DNA of 61,206 nt, filler included. It is 5 parts of 5 records of this genome, joined end to end, with 100 filler letters (N's around TTAATTAATTAA, not from the genome) between each part and the next. Parts side by side here need not be neighbours in the genome. Positions count along the whole stretch, not along the records: positions 21,375 to 52,206 come from SRR22947725_3370; 4 more parts are not named here. One strand, written 5' to 3'. Below are positions 39,513-48,681 of this stretch, piece by piece. A program made the position numbers and the translations under genes. The notes under the pieces were generated by a model. It was given only the letters and a program-made list of their open reading frames with translations, searched no databases and was not told the DNA's origin. Positions within the stretch are counted from its first letter, which is position 1. Each line of letters opens with the position of its first letter.

Positions 39513-41365
39513 CCGACCCCCAGACCTCCTCATTCGGCACCGGCACGGCGGATCCAGCAATCACGACAATTCGTCGCGGCCTCGAGGCAGCGCCGGTGCT
39601 CCGCGACGGCCTCGGTCTCACGTTTGCCTTGGCGGCCGTTGGTTCGGCGGGCCGGATCGTCGTACCGATTCTGATCCAACAGGCGATTGACAAGGGGATT
39701 GCCGGTCGCGACGAGGTGCGCGTCGGTTTGGTCGTGCAGTTGGCGCTGATCGCGGTCGTGGCGGTCTGCGTAGCGGCACTCGCGTTCCGGACGGCACAGG
39801 TGCGGCTCGGAGACCGCAGCGAGCGGGCGCTCTACGACTTGCGGTCAAAGCTGATTAACCACATCAATCATCTCAGCCTCGCTGACCACAACGAGGAGCG
39901 TCGCGGCGGGCTGGTCGCGCGGGTCACGTCCGACATCGAGACGCTGACGCAGTTCTTTCAGTGGGGTGGCATGGCGTGGATGCGCAGTAGCACGCTGATG
40001 GTCATCGTCGGGATCGCCATGCTTGCCTACGACTGGCTGCTTGCGCTCATCGCCTTTGCCATTTCGTTTCCGCTTGCGCTTGTCCTGCGAGCTGTCCAGA
40101 AGCGACTCGTCGTGGCCCACGGCCAAGCGCGCGAAAGCAACGGCATCATGCTCGGTGCGATTGCCGAGGTCGTGTCCGGCGCTCCGGCGATCCGGGCCTA
40201 CGGCGCAGGACCGATGTTGGCTGAGGTTGTTGAGGAGACAACGGAACGCAAGGCGCGTGACCAGATTCGTGCCGCTCTCTACGGGGCGTTTCTCTTCCCG
40301 TCGGGCGAGATCTTCGCTGTGTTCACCGTGTCGGCCGTCATCGGTGTCGGCGTGTGGCGGGGACCTGCCGAAGGTTTGACCGCCGGAGCACTCGTGAGTT
40401 TCGTGTTTCTCACGTATCGCTTTCTCGAGCCCATCGCTGAATTCACCGAGATCATCGACCAGACCCAGACGGCGGTTGCCGGCTTGCACCGCGTGCTGTC
40501 AGTACTCGATATGCCGATCACACCGACGGAGCCGGACGAACCCACTCCGCTCCCGCCGGGCCGCCTCGACATCGCCATTGAGCACGTCGACTACTCGTAC
40601 CCAGTTCGCCTCGGCGAACACATCGACACGGCTGGGGCTGGTGGGGTGCTCGTTCTTCGCGATATCTCGTTGTCAATTCCCGCTGGGCAGCAAGTTGCCA
40701 TGGTCGGATCAACAGGTTCAGGCAAGACCACCCTGGGCAGGCTGGTCGCCCGTTTTGCCGACCCGACGAATGGCACGGTCGCCGTTGGTGGGGTGCCACT
40801 CACCGATGTGGCGCGCAGTGATCTGCGTTCGCGTCTCGTCGTGGTGTCGCAGGAACCGTTCCTTTTTGACGACACGGTCGAGCGGAATATCGCCTTTGCT
40901 CGCTCCGGCGCGGGCCGCGCCGATGTCGAGGCCATCGTGCGGGACCTTGACGTGGGCGAGTGGGTCGATGCGCTCAGTGAAGGACTCGACACACGAGTCG
41001 GTGAGCGCGGCGGCCAATTGAGCGCAGGTGAGCGCCAGTTGGTGGCGCTCCTACGCGCTGGGCTTGCCGATCCCGATGTACTGATTCTCGACGAGGCAAC
41101 CTCCAGCGTCGATGCACTCACGGAGGTGCGCATCGCCCGAGCGCTCGACGTGCTGGCGTCAACTCGAACCACCATCGCGATTGCCCATCGGCTCTCGACG
41201 GCAGCACGCTCTGATCGGGTGTTGGTCCTGGCTGACGGTGTCCTCGTCGAAGACGGCCACCATGACGACCTGGTCCAGCAGGGTGGAACCTATGCCGGCC
41301 TCTTCGACGCCTGGGTGTCAGCCACCAGCGTCGGAGAAGCCGAGTCCATACAGTCGAGCACATGA
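39509..41365 (+). CDS. ABC exporter, TMD+NBD subunit 2
   Basis: GSTGSGKT, LSAGE, LILDE, IAHRL; overlaps subunit 1, consistent with a heterodimer. Confidence 0.92.
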   Translation: MTDPQTSSFGTGTADPAITTIRRGLEAAPVLRDGLGLTFALAAVGSAGRIVVPILIQQAIDKGIAGRDEVRVGLVVQLALIAVVAVCVAALAFRTAQVRLGDRSERALYDLRSKLINHINHLSLADHNEERRGGLVARVTSDIETLTQFFQWGGMAWMRSSTLMVIVGIAMLAYDWLLALIAFAISFPLALVLRAVQKRLVVAHGQARESNGIMLGAIAEVVSGAPAIRAYGAGPMLAEVVEETTERKARDQIRAALYGAFLFPSGEIFAVFTVSAVIGVGVWRGPAEGLTAGALVSFVFLTYRFLEPIAEFTEIIDQTQTAVAGLHRVLSVLDMPITPTEPDEPTPLPPGRLDIAIEHVDYSYPVRLGEHIDTAGAGGVLVLRDISLSIPAGQQVAMVGSTGSGKTTLGRLVARFADPTNGTVAVGGVPLTDVARSDLRSRLVVVSQEPFLFDDTVERNIAFARSGAGRADVEAIVRDLDVGEWVDALSEGLDTRVGERGGQLSAGERQLVALLRAGLADPDVLILDEATSSVDALTEVRIARALDVLASTRTTIAIAHRLSTAARSDRVLVLADGVLVEDGHHDDLVQQGGTYAGLFDAWVSATSVGEAESIQSST

Positions 41366-41745
41366 CCAATCCAGCCTCGAAGTCGCTGGCCGCGTTACTC
41401 ATTGCAGCGGTGGCTGTCTGCGCCAGCGGTTGCGGAGCAGACGACGATCGGCGCAACGATATGTCGCAACCAGTCTGCCAACGCGCCGAGGTGGCGGTAC
41501 CGACCGACGAGATCCCTGACGATGCACCAGCGTTGATCCTGCTGCTCGGCATGTCCGAGACCGAGTCGTTCTGGGGGCTGCTGAATGACGAGGTCATCCA
41601 TGTGACCGAGGGCAGCGTGCGACGGGCACAGTTTGCTGAGTTGGCCGACGAGTACCGCGACGCCGTTGACAACGGGCTCGACGAGACCGTTGCTTCATTG
41701 GCCCGTCAAGACGACGGTGGTTGGGCCTGTCGATCCGAAACCTGA
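41362..41745 (+). CDS. Hypothetical lipoprotein
   Basis: Lipobox ASGC; ATGA overlap with the ABC gene. Confidence 0.65.
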   Translation: MTNPASKSLAALLIAAVAVCASGCGADDDRRNDMSQPVCQRAEVAVPTDEIPDDAPALILLLGMSETESFWGLLNDEVIHVTEGSVRRAQFAELADEYRDAVDNGLDETVASLARQDDGGWACRSET

Positions 41746-41757
41746 TCGGGTGGCTGA

Positions 41758-42534
41758 TCAGGTGCCCGGGTCGACCCCGTACGGGAGCGGACCGCGGACG
41801 GCTCCGACGATGCACTCAAGCTCACGTTCGCCGACATTGCGGGTGGCCTCGAACGTCTGGGTCTGGCCGGGCGTGACATCATCGATGACAACGTTCGCCT
41901 GGTACCGCGCGTTGTCGGTGCCTGGGCGGACGAAGAAGACGCGGACCGTGTACGTCGACGTGCTGTCGCTTGTGTTGGTGAGCGTCCCGCGTGCGATGAC
42001 GTCGTCGCCGGAGCGCACACACGATGTGATCGCTGCGTCGTGCATGGCCGGATTTTCGAACTCGTCCACGGCCTGCAGCAGTGACATCGTGAACAGCACG
42101 CCGCCCGCACACACCAGCAGGCCAACGATTCCGGTGATGAGCCCCGTCGTGGCGAAGCCCGCTCCGACACCGGCTGTCTTCGCTCGCCGACGTCCTGTGA
42201 TGCCAAAAACGATGGCGAGCAGCGCGGCGACGACGCCGAGCGCGACGATGACTGGCATCCATCCGATGCCGATGGAGATGATGCCGAGCACCATCGAGGC
42301 AGTTGCGATCGGATTCCGCCCGACCGGTGCACTTGATGCGGCCTGGATCTGTGGCGCGGCGGTCGGTGCGGTGGGTCGTGATCCTGCTGGATCGACGAAC
42401 CGCTCACCGTTGGTTGAGACGTCGGCGGTCCAGGCCCGACCATTGTGGTAGCGCAGCTCGAAACGGGAGGCCGGGTCGGGATGCCAGCCGGCGTTGCCCT
42501 GCGTTCCGCTCGGAGCGTCGATGCCTTCCTCCAT
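41758..42534 (-). CDS. DUF2510 + DUF4190-like membrane protein with C-terminal beta-sandwich
   Basis: AGWHPDP..ELRYHNGRAWT; NPIATASMVLGII; C-terminal GTLTNTS..YTVRVFF. Confidence 0.8.
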   Translation of the reverse strand: MEEGIDAPSGTQGNAGWHPDPASRFELRYHNGRAWTADVSTNGERFVDPAGSRPTAPTAAPQIQAASSAPVGRNPIATASMVLGIISIGIGWMPVIVALGVVAALLAIVFGITGRRRAKTAGVGAGFATTGLITGIVGLLVCAGGVLFTMSLLQAVDEFENPAMHDAAITSCVRSGDDVIARGTLTNTSDSTSTYTVRVFFVRPGTDNARYQANVVIDDVTPGQTQTFEATRNVGERELECIVGAVRGPLPYGVDPGT

Positions 42535-42540
42535 GGCGCC

Positions 42541-42572
42541 GCAACCTACCGAGCCGCAGCCGGATAGGTTGC
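42541..42572. promoter_or_regulatory. Mirror-symmetric divergent promoter pair
   Basis: GCAACCTA...TAGGTTGC inverted repeat gives TAGGTT on each strand, each 8 nt from its ATG (42534 and 42579). Confidence 0.65.
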
Positions 42573-42578
42573 GCCCCC

Positions 42579-43256
42579 ATGGAGATCGTTCTCATCCGAC
42601 ACGGACAGCCGGAGTGGATGCGCAATGACCTCAACGTCGTGAATCCCCCGTTGACGGACCTCGGGCATCATCAAGCGAAGCGAATGGCCGAAGTGCTGGC
42701 CACCGAGTCGTTTGACGAAGTGCTTGTGTCACCGTTGCTGCGTGCGCGCCAGACTGCCGAACCGCTGTATTCGGTCCTGGACCGACCCGAGGTGATCGAG
42801 CCGTGGCTCCATGAGATCGGCGACCCAGACTGGCACGGGACACCGTATTCACTGGCGCAAGAGGCGTACCGAGAGTTACTCGCTCGCCCATCACTCGAGC
42901 GCTGGACGGGTCTCGAAGGCGGCGAGTCGGTGCGCGAGTTCGCCGACCGGATCATTGCGGGCGTCGACGGGTTTATGGCGCAGCGAGGTGGCGTCCGAAC
43001 TGATGGGGCGCTTCCGGTGTGGCACCTCGACCGTCCGGACCAACGCATCGCGCTCGTCGCTCACGCCGGAACGAACTCGATGGCCATCGGACACCTACTC
43101 GGCATCGATCCGGTCCCGTGGCAGTGGGAACGCTTCCAACTCAACCACACCTCGATCACCCGCATCCAGACGTTTGAACTCGGTGACGGTCACGCGTTCG
43201 GGTTGAGCTCGTTGGGCAACTCCGAGCATCTTGCAGTTGACGATCGCAGCCGCTGA
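42579..43256 (+). CDS. Histidine phosphatase (phosphoglycerate mutase-like) family protein
   Basis: IRHGQ, SPLLRARQTA, GES, VAHAG. Confidence 0.9.
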   Translation: MEIVLIRHGQPEWMRNDLNVVNPPLTDLGHHQAKRMAEVLATESFDEVLVSPLLRARQTAEPLYSVLDRPEVIEPWLHEIGDPDWHGTPYSLAQEAYRELLARPSLERWTGLEGGESVREFADRIIAGVDGFMAQRGGVRTDGALPVWHLDRPDQRIALVAHAGTNSMAIGHLLGIDPVPWQWERFQLNHTSITRIQTFELGDGHAFGLSSLGNSEHLAVDDRSR

Positions 43257-43290
43257 CGAACAGGCGATGGCGGAAAACTAGAGTCGCGCT

Positions 43291-44394
43291 ATGACAGACG
43301 CGACCATGGTCGAGACCGATCCCGACAAGCTGAAGATGTTCGGGTTCAACGTCTTCACGCAGTTGAGCGGAGCTGTGACCGCCGGGATGATTCATCTTGG
43401 TGACCGGCTCGGACTCTTCACGGCGCTCGCTGAAGCGGGCACAGCGATTACCACGATCGAGCTGGCGGATCGAACGGGTCTCTCGGAACGTTGGGTTCGC
43501 GAATGGGCGTACAACCAAGCAGCGGCTCGCTTGCTTGATGTCGACGACACCGCGGGGGCGGGCAACGAGAAGTTCGGCCTGTCCCCGGAAGGCGTGGCGG
43601 TCCTCGCGTCACCGGATCATCCTGCGAGCGGTACCGGAATGTTTCACCGCTTTCCGCAGACAATGGCGGCACTTGACCTCATGCCTGAGAGCTTCCGCAC
43701 CGGGGTCGGCCATGACTACGACAGCCACGGCCATGAGGGGGCGGTCGGTATCGAACGAAGTTTCGAACCCTGGAACAAGGCCCACTTGATCCCGACGGTG
43801 CTGCCAAGTCTCGATGGCATCGTCGAACGTCTGCGCACGGGGATCACGGTGGTGGACATCGGCTGTGGCGCCGGGGGAGCGGTACTGATGATGGCTGAGG
43901 CCTTCCCGCATTCGACCTTCGTCGGCTACGACATCTCGCAGCACGCCCTCGACCGTGCCGAGTCGCGCCGTGTCGAGTCCGGTATCAAGAACGCGCGATT
44001 CGTCGACCCGCGCATCGATCCGTTACCCAACGACCAGTCGGTCGATTTCGTCACGACATTTGATTGCATCCATGACATGTCGCATCCCACCCAGATGGTC
44101 GAAGCAATCCGCTCGGCGCTCGCTGCGGACGGCACGTGGTTGCTGGTGGACATCAAAGGGCGCGACACCTTCACCGACAACGTTGAGCAGAATCCGATGG
44201 CGGCCTTGATGTACGGCATCAGCGTTTTGTCATGCATGTCTTCAGCACTGTCCGAGCCCAACGGGGAGGGCCTCGGAACGCTCGGACTCCCGGAGAGCAA
44301 GGCACGCGAGATGTCCGGAGCGGCAGGGTTCTCGCAGTTCCGCACGCTTGACGTGAAACACAACCTCAACGCCTTCTACGAGATCCGACCATGA
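43291..44394 (+). CDS. Class I SAM-dependent methyltransferase with N-terminal wHTH (Rv2258c-like)
   Basis: GDRLGLF..ELA.RTGL.ER.VREW; DIGCGAG; FDCIHD. Confidence 0.88.
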   Translation: MTDATMVETDPDKLKMFGFNVFTQLSGAVTAGMIHLGDRLGLFTALAEAGTAITTIELADRTGLSERWVREWAYNQAAARLLDVDDTAGAGNEKFGLSPEGVAVLASPDHPASGTGMFHRFPQTMAALDLMPESFRTGVGHDYDSHGHEGAVGIERSFEPWNKAHLIPTVLPSLDGIVERLRTGITVVDIGCGAGGAVLMMAEAFPHSTFVGYDISQHALDRAESRRVESGIKNARFVDPRIDPLPNDQSVDFVTTFDCIHDMSHPTQMVEAIRSALAADGTWLLVDIKGRDTFTDNVEQNPMAALMYGISVLSCMSSALSEPNGEGLGTLGLPESKAREMSGAAGFSQFRTLDVKHNLNAFYEIRP

Positions 44395-45182
44395 CGCGCC
44401 TCTCGCAACTGTCGCGTTCCTTGCACGGCAGCGTCGCCATCGTCACCGGTGCGGCCAGCGGGATGGGCCGGGCCACCGCCCACCTGCTGGCTGATGAGGG
44501 CGTGCGTGTTGTCGTCGCCGACCTCGGCACAGCGCGTGTTGCCGCAGTTGCCGATGAGATCAGCGCGGTGCATGGTGGGGACGCCGCGCTCGGCGTTGAG
44601 TGCGATGTGGCGAGCCATGACCAACTCAAAGCCTTGGTGGCGCAGACACTGGACTGGGCAGGTCATCTTGCCATCGTGGTCAACAACGCCGGGGTGTCGA
44701 TGATCAACTCGGCATTTCAGCCGGAGGACGAGTTCGAAGCCAACTGGGCCCAAACCATCGACATCAACCTGACCGCGCACGCTCGCCTGATCCGTCTGAC
44801 GGTTCCGCACCTCGTCGAGTCCGGCGCCGGTCGGATCGTCAACATTGCATCGACTGAAGCACTCGTCACCACCGCAGGTCTTGCCGCATACGCGGCGTCG
44901 AAGGCTGGCGTTGTCGGTCTGACGAAGAGCTTCGCAGTCGAGCTGGGTCGAACGGGCGTGACGGTCAACTGTATTTGTCCGGGACCGATCGATACCGGCA
45001 TGACCTCCGGTATCGAGGCGGCGGCCAAGGAGAAATACGCGCGTCGACGCGTTCCACTTCGGCGTTACGGCGCGCCTGAAGAGGTGGCGCACATGACGCT
45101 CAACCTCTGCCTGCCTGCCTCAAGTTTCGTCAACGGCGCGATCATCCCCGTCGACGGCGGCATGAGCATCCGCCACACCTGA
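44391..45182 (+). CDS. Short-chain dehydrogenase/reductase
   Basis: TGAASGMG, NNAG, YAASK, CPG. Confidence 0.93.
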   Translation: MTRLSQLSRSLHGSVAIVTGAASGMGRATAHLLADEGVRVVVADLGTARVAAVADEISAVHGGDAALGVECDVASHDQLKALVAQTLDWAGHLAIVVNNAGVSMINSAFQPEDEFEANWAQTIDINLTAHARLIRLTVPHLVESGAGRIVNIASTEALVTTAGLAAYAASKAGVVGLTKSFAVELGRTGVTVNCICPGPIDTGMTSGIEAAAKEKYARRRVPLRRYGAPEEVAHMTLNLCLPASSFVNGAIIPVDGGMSIRHT

Positions 45183-45185
45183 AAC

Positions 45186-46322
45186 TCAGCCCGACCAGCC
45201 GTCGTTCAAGCCGATGAGTCCCGTTGGATCGTGGCGGCCAACAGCAAGTTGTTCGAGAGTGCCCAGGCCGGAGTGCTCGCCGAGACCGCCGGTCGTCGTC
45301 GCTCGTACGATCGACTGGATGTGCATGTGATGGAACGCGTTCGGATCCGCAACGGGCAATGTCCACCGGTCGCCACCAATGGCCAACTCGCCTTTCCACG
45401 CCCCGTGCCGCCATTCCGGGTGGCCGTAGCCAATGCCGAGCATGTGGAAGTCGAAGAGTGGCTCGAGCCGGATGGTCGACGCGTCGCCTTGCCATGGCTC
45501 GAAGTCGATCTCGAACCACTCGGCACGTCGGGTACCTGGTTGCCAGCCAATGCGATAGTCGACCGATCGCATCGCATCGGCAGGCTCCGCCACTGCGTCG
45601 GTGTTGGCGAGTGCCACGAACCCGGTCTCGTGCCAGCGTTTGCCGTCGAACATCTCGTTAATGTCGAAGTGCGTAGAAAACGCGTCGAAGTTAAGCGGCG
45701 CCCACAGCCAGTAGAACTGCGGATCCGCGACCGGCGCGCCGGTCGGAGCGGGCTCGCCGACGGGGCGCACACCCCACGACCGGTCGCGGCTGCCCAGAGT
45801 CTCTCCGGGTTCCAGATCGATCACTTCGCCGTCGACCTCGATCCAACCTTCCCACCCGCCGAACTGGGTCATGCGAGTGGAATCCATGAGCACACGCTGG
45901 CCCACCTGGTGGAAGAAGTGCGGTTCCTGGATCGGCGCGGAGCGGCGCACAAAGGTGAGGTCGGCGCGAAGGCCGTGTTCGGGCGCGTCGACAGCGATCC
46001 GTAGCGCGTGTAACGGTTCGAGTACCTCGACCTGGATCGGGCCGACGGTATTGGCTTCGGACCGGTCGAGTGGTGCCCGGCGTGATGCGTGGACGTTGAT
46101 TTGTTCGGCATCGACCGTGGTGCCGTTCACGACAACGCTGAAGTGAGCGTCCGCCACGTGACGATTTGGATACAGCCCCATGGCGGCAGCGAAGAACAGC
46201 CGAGCGTCGCGCGTGTAGCCGTTGAAGAAGTACCGGTCGTAGTGATTGAGATCAGTTCCTGCCGTTTGGGCGATGGGATGTGACGTCTGATGGATGGGAA
46301 AGTCGTCGAACGAACTCAGCAC
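45186..46322 (-). CDS. Conserved hypothetical protein
   Basis: 378 aa with high-GC coding pattern; motifs DDFPIHQ, YDRYFFNG, RDRSWGVR. Confidence 0.8.
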   Translation of the reverse strand: MLSSFDDFPIHQTSHPIAQTAGTDLNHYDRYFFNGYTRDARLFFAAAMGLYPNRHVADAHFSVVVNGTTVDAEQINVHASRRAPLDRSEANTVGPIQVEVLEPLHALRIAVDAPEHGLRADLTFVRRSAPIQEPHFFHQVGQRVLMDSTRMTQFGGWEGWIEVDGEVIDLEPGETLGSRDRSWGVRPVGEPAPTGAPVADPQFYWLWAPLNFDAFSTHFDINEMFDGKRWHETGFVALANTDAVAEPADAMRSVDYRIGWQPGTRRAEWFEIDFEPWQGDASTIRLEPLFDFHMLGIGYGHPEWRHGAWKGELAIGGDRWTLPVADPNAFHHMHIQSIVRATTTGGLGEHSGLGTLEQLAVGRHDPTGLIGLNDGWSG

Positions 46323-46352
46323 ACCGCTGACGCTAGTCGTAGCCTGACAGGT

Positions 46353-47282
46353 ATGGCAGCGCTACGCGACGTCACCCGATATCGCCAACTCGCCATTGTG
46401 ACGACGGTGGGCGTTTGTTTGCTCACGGTGGCGGGCGGAATTGTTCGCCTCACCGGGAGCGGCCTCGGCTGCGATGACTGGCCGAACTGCAACAGCGAAC
46501 GCTTCGTCGATGTCTCGTCAGGGCATGCGGCGATCGAACAGGTCAATCGCTTGCTGAGCGGGGTGATTGGAGTTCCAACACTGCTTTTAGCTATTTCTGC
46601 GTTCCGGGTTCGTCCGCGAGTCATCGGACTGCGGTGGCCCGCTATCGGCGTGCTCGTGTCTGTGCTGGCAAACGGCGTCGTCGGCGGCGTTGCTGTCAGA
46701 ACGGATCTACACCCTGCTCTCGTGCAGTCACACTTTCTGCTCGCCATGGTGTCGATTGCGTTCGGTGTTGTCGCGGCGCATCGCTCGTCGAGCAGCGCCG
46801 GCCAATCCAGCCGCACAACAAGTTGGCGCAGTCGACCTAGTCGGCTAACCGCCGCGTTGACGTCGCTCACAGCCATCGCACTTGTGACGGGTACTGTCGT
46901 CACGGGCACTGGACCCCATGCGGGCGAACAGGACGTGCGCCGGTTCAGTTTCGACATCTCTAACGTGGCCCGCATCCACAGCGCAACGGTGATCGCCGCT
47001 CTCGCCGTAGCAGGTCTGCTGGCATGGACGCTACGGGGTGGTGCTGACTCTGCCGCAGCGGTCCGAGCCGCACTGTCAGGATGGATTTTCGTCGGGCTCC
47101 TTCAGAGCGCAGTCGGCTACACGCAGTACTTCAACGGAGTTCCCGAACTGCTGGTTGGTACTCACATCGCGCTGGCGACAGTTTTATGGGTGATGACGAT
47201 GAGGCTGCTTCTCATGACTGTCGAACCGCCGACGCCGGAGTACAACACGAAGATGATGCTGGCGACTACAGCGCGCGTCTAG
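46353..47282 (+). CDS. ctaA: COX15/CtaA heme A synthase family protein
   Basis: GGIVRLTGSGLGC.DWP.C, EQVNR, GTGPHAG, conserved His residues in TM helices. Confidence 0.85.
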   Translation: MAALRDVTRYRQLAIVTTVGVCLLTVAGGIVRLTGSGLGCDDWPNCNSERFVDVSSGHAAIEQVNRLLSGVIGVPTLLLAISAFRVRPRVIGLRWPAIGVLVSVLANGVVGGVAVRTDLHPALVQSHFLLAMVSIAFGVVAAHRSSSSAGQSSRTTSWRSRPSRLTAALTSLTAIALVTGTVVTGTGPHAGEQDVRRFSFDISNVARIHSATVIAALAVAGLLAWTLRGGADSAAAVRAALSGWIFVGLLQSAVGYTQYFNGVPELLVGTHIALATVLWVMTMRLLLMTVEPPTPEYNTKMMLATTARV

Positions 47283-47292
47283 AGTGTGATCC

Positions 47293-48672
47293 GTGTTGCT
47301 CAGGTCTCTCGGGGAGCCGTCCGTTGGGCGAGCGACTCAAACCCCACATCAGCGACCCGGTCGGCGTCCGACTTGGTTGACCACTCTGCTTGGATTTGTC
47401 GCTGCATTTGTGGCGATCCTCGCTGTCAACGGAACGGCGATGGCTCAAAACGGTGATGAAACCGTCGGCGGAACCATGCGCGCCAAAGATGAGTCCGGCG
47501 AGAACGTCTTCGTTGAGGGCGTGGAGTTCTCCGTCGTTGATGTTGATGGCAACGAAGTCGGAACTGCCACAACCGACGCCGACGGCGTCTGGCTCGTTGA
47601 GCTACCCGGCCCGGGCGTGTACTCCGTTCTGCTCGACACTGAGACACTGCAGGGCTTCGAGTTACGTAATCCTGACAAGAACCCGTTGACTGGCGTTGAG
47701 GTGCAGCCCTCCACAAACAAGAACACGCTGTTCCCGTTGGGTGAGCGAGTGCTCGAGGAGTCCAACTCGATCCGAGCCGTGCAGCTCTTCGTGGACGGAA
47801 TCAAGCTCGGCATGATCATTGCGATGTGTGCCATCGGCCTGTCGCTGATATACGGCACGACGGGCCTGACAAACTTTGCCCACGGCGAAATGGTCACGTT
47901 TGGTGCAATGACGGCGTACGTCTTTCATGTGACCTGGCAACTTGATTTCCTCGGCACCTGGATGACGTCGCTCGCATTTGGCGCGATCATGGCTGTCCTC
48001 TTCGCCGGCATTGCGGGCGGTCTGTTTAATCGATTTGTTTGGAAGCCGCTCCGCAATCGTGGCGCCAGTCTGATCTCGGCGTTAGTGGTCTCGATTGGCC
48101 TGTCGATCTTCTTTCGATACGTCTTCCTGTATCAGTTCGGTGGTCGTGCCGGCTTTTATCGGGATTACCGGATTGGCCAACAGGTTGAATTCTTCGGATT
48201 GTTCACGATGCTGCGCAAAGACATTTTCATCGTGGTGTTTTCCGCTTTGGTGCTCGTTGGTATTGGCACAGCGCTTAGCCGAACGCGTGTGGGTAAAGCC
48301 ATGCGGGCAGTCTCTGACAACCGTGACCTCGCCGAGTCGTCAGGCATCGACGTCGAACAGGTTATTCGCTACGTGTGGATCGTCGGTAGTGCGTTGGCTG
48401 GCCTTGGTGGGGTGCTCTTCGGTCTGACCGAAAACATCAACTGGGAGATGGGTTTCCGTTTGTTGCTCCTCATGTTCGCCGGGGTCACTCTCGGTGGCCT
48501 CGGTACGGCCTACGGCGCATTGCTTGGCAGCATCATCGCCGGTGTGTTCATTCAAATGTCGACTCTGGTCATCCCAGGAGACATGAAGAACGTTGGCGCG
48601 CTGATGGCGCTGATCATCATCCTTCTAGTGCGCCCGCAGGGCCTCCTAGGGCGAGCTGAACGGATCGGATAG
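47293..48672 (+). CDS. livH: Branched-chain amino acid ABC permease (LivH-like) with N-terminal extracellular domain
   Basis: GLSLIYG..NFAHGE, GKAMRAVSDN..LA..SGID. Confidence 0.85.
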   Translation: MLLRSLGEPSVGRATQTPHQRPGRRPTWLTTLLGFVAAFVAILAVNGTAMAQNGDETVGGTMRAKDESGENVFVEGVEFSVVDVDGNEVGTATTDADGVWLVELPGPGVYSVLLDTETLQGFELRNPDKNPLTGVEVQPSTNKNTLFPLGERVLEESNSIRAVQLFVDGIKLGMIIAMCAIGLSLIYGTTGLTNFAHGEMVTFGAMTAYVFHVTWQLDFLGTWMTSLAFGAIMAVLFAGIAGGLFNRFVWKPLRNRGASLISALVVSIGLSIFFRYVFLYQFGGRAGFYRDYRIGQQVEFFGLFTMLRKDIFIVVFSALVLVGIGTALSRTRVGKAMRAVSDNRDLAESSGIDVEQVIRYVWIVGSALAGLGGVLFGLTENINWEMGFRLLLLMFAGVTLGGLGTAYGALLGSIIAGVFIQMSTLVIPGDMKNVGALMALIIILLVRPQGLLGRAERIG

Positions 48673-48681
48673 GTAACCGTC

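Noticed and set aside
25761-42579. Apparent long N-terminal extensions of ProA-like, panB, panC, acyl-CoA synthetase and histidine phosphatase ORFs
   Set aside because: The extensions overlap neighbouring genes; downstream starts supported by -10 boxes or stop/start coupling fit better.
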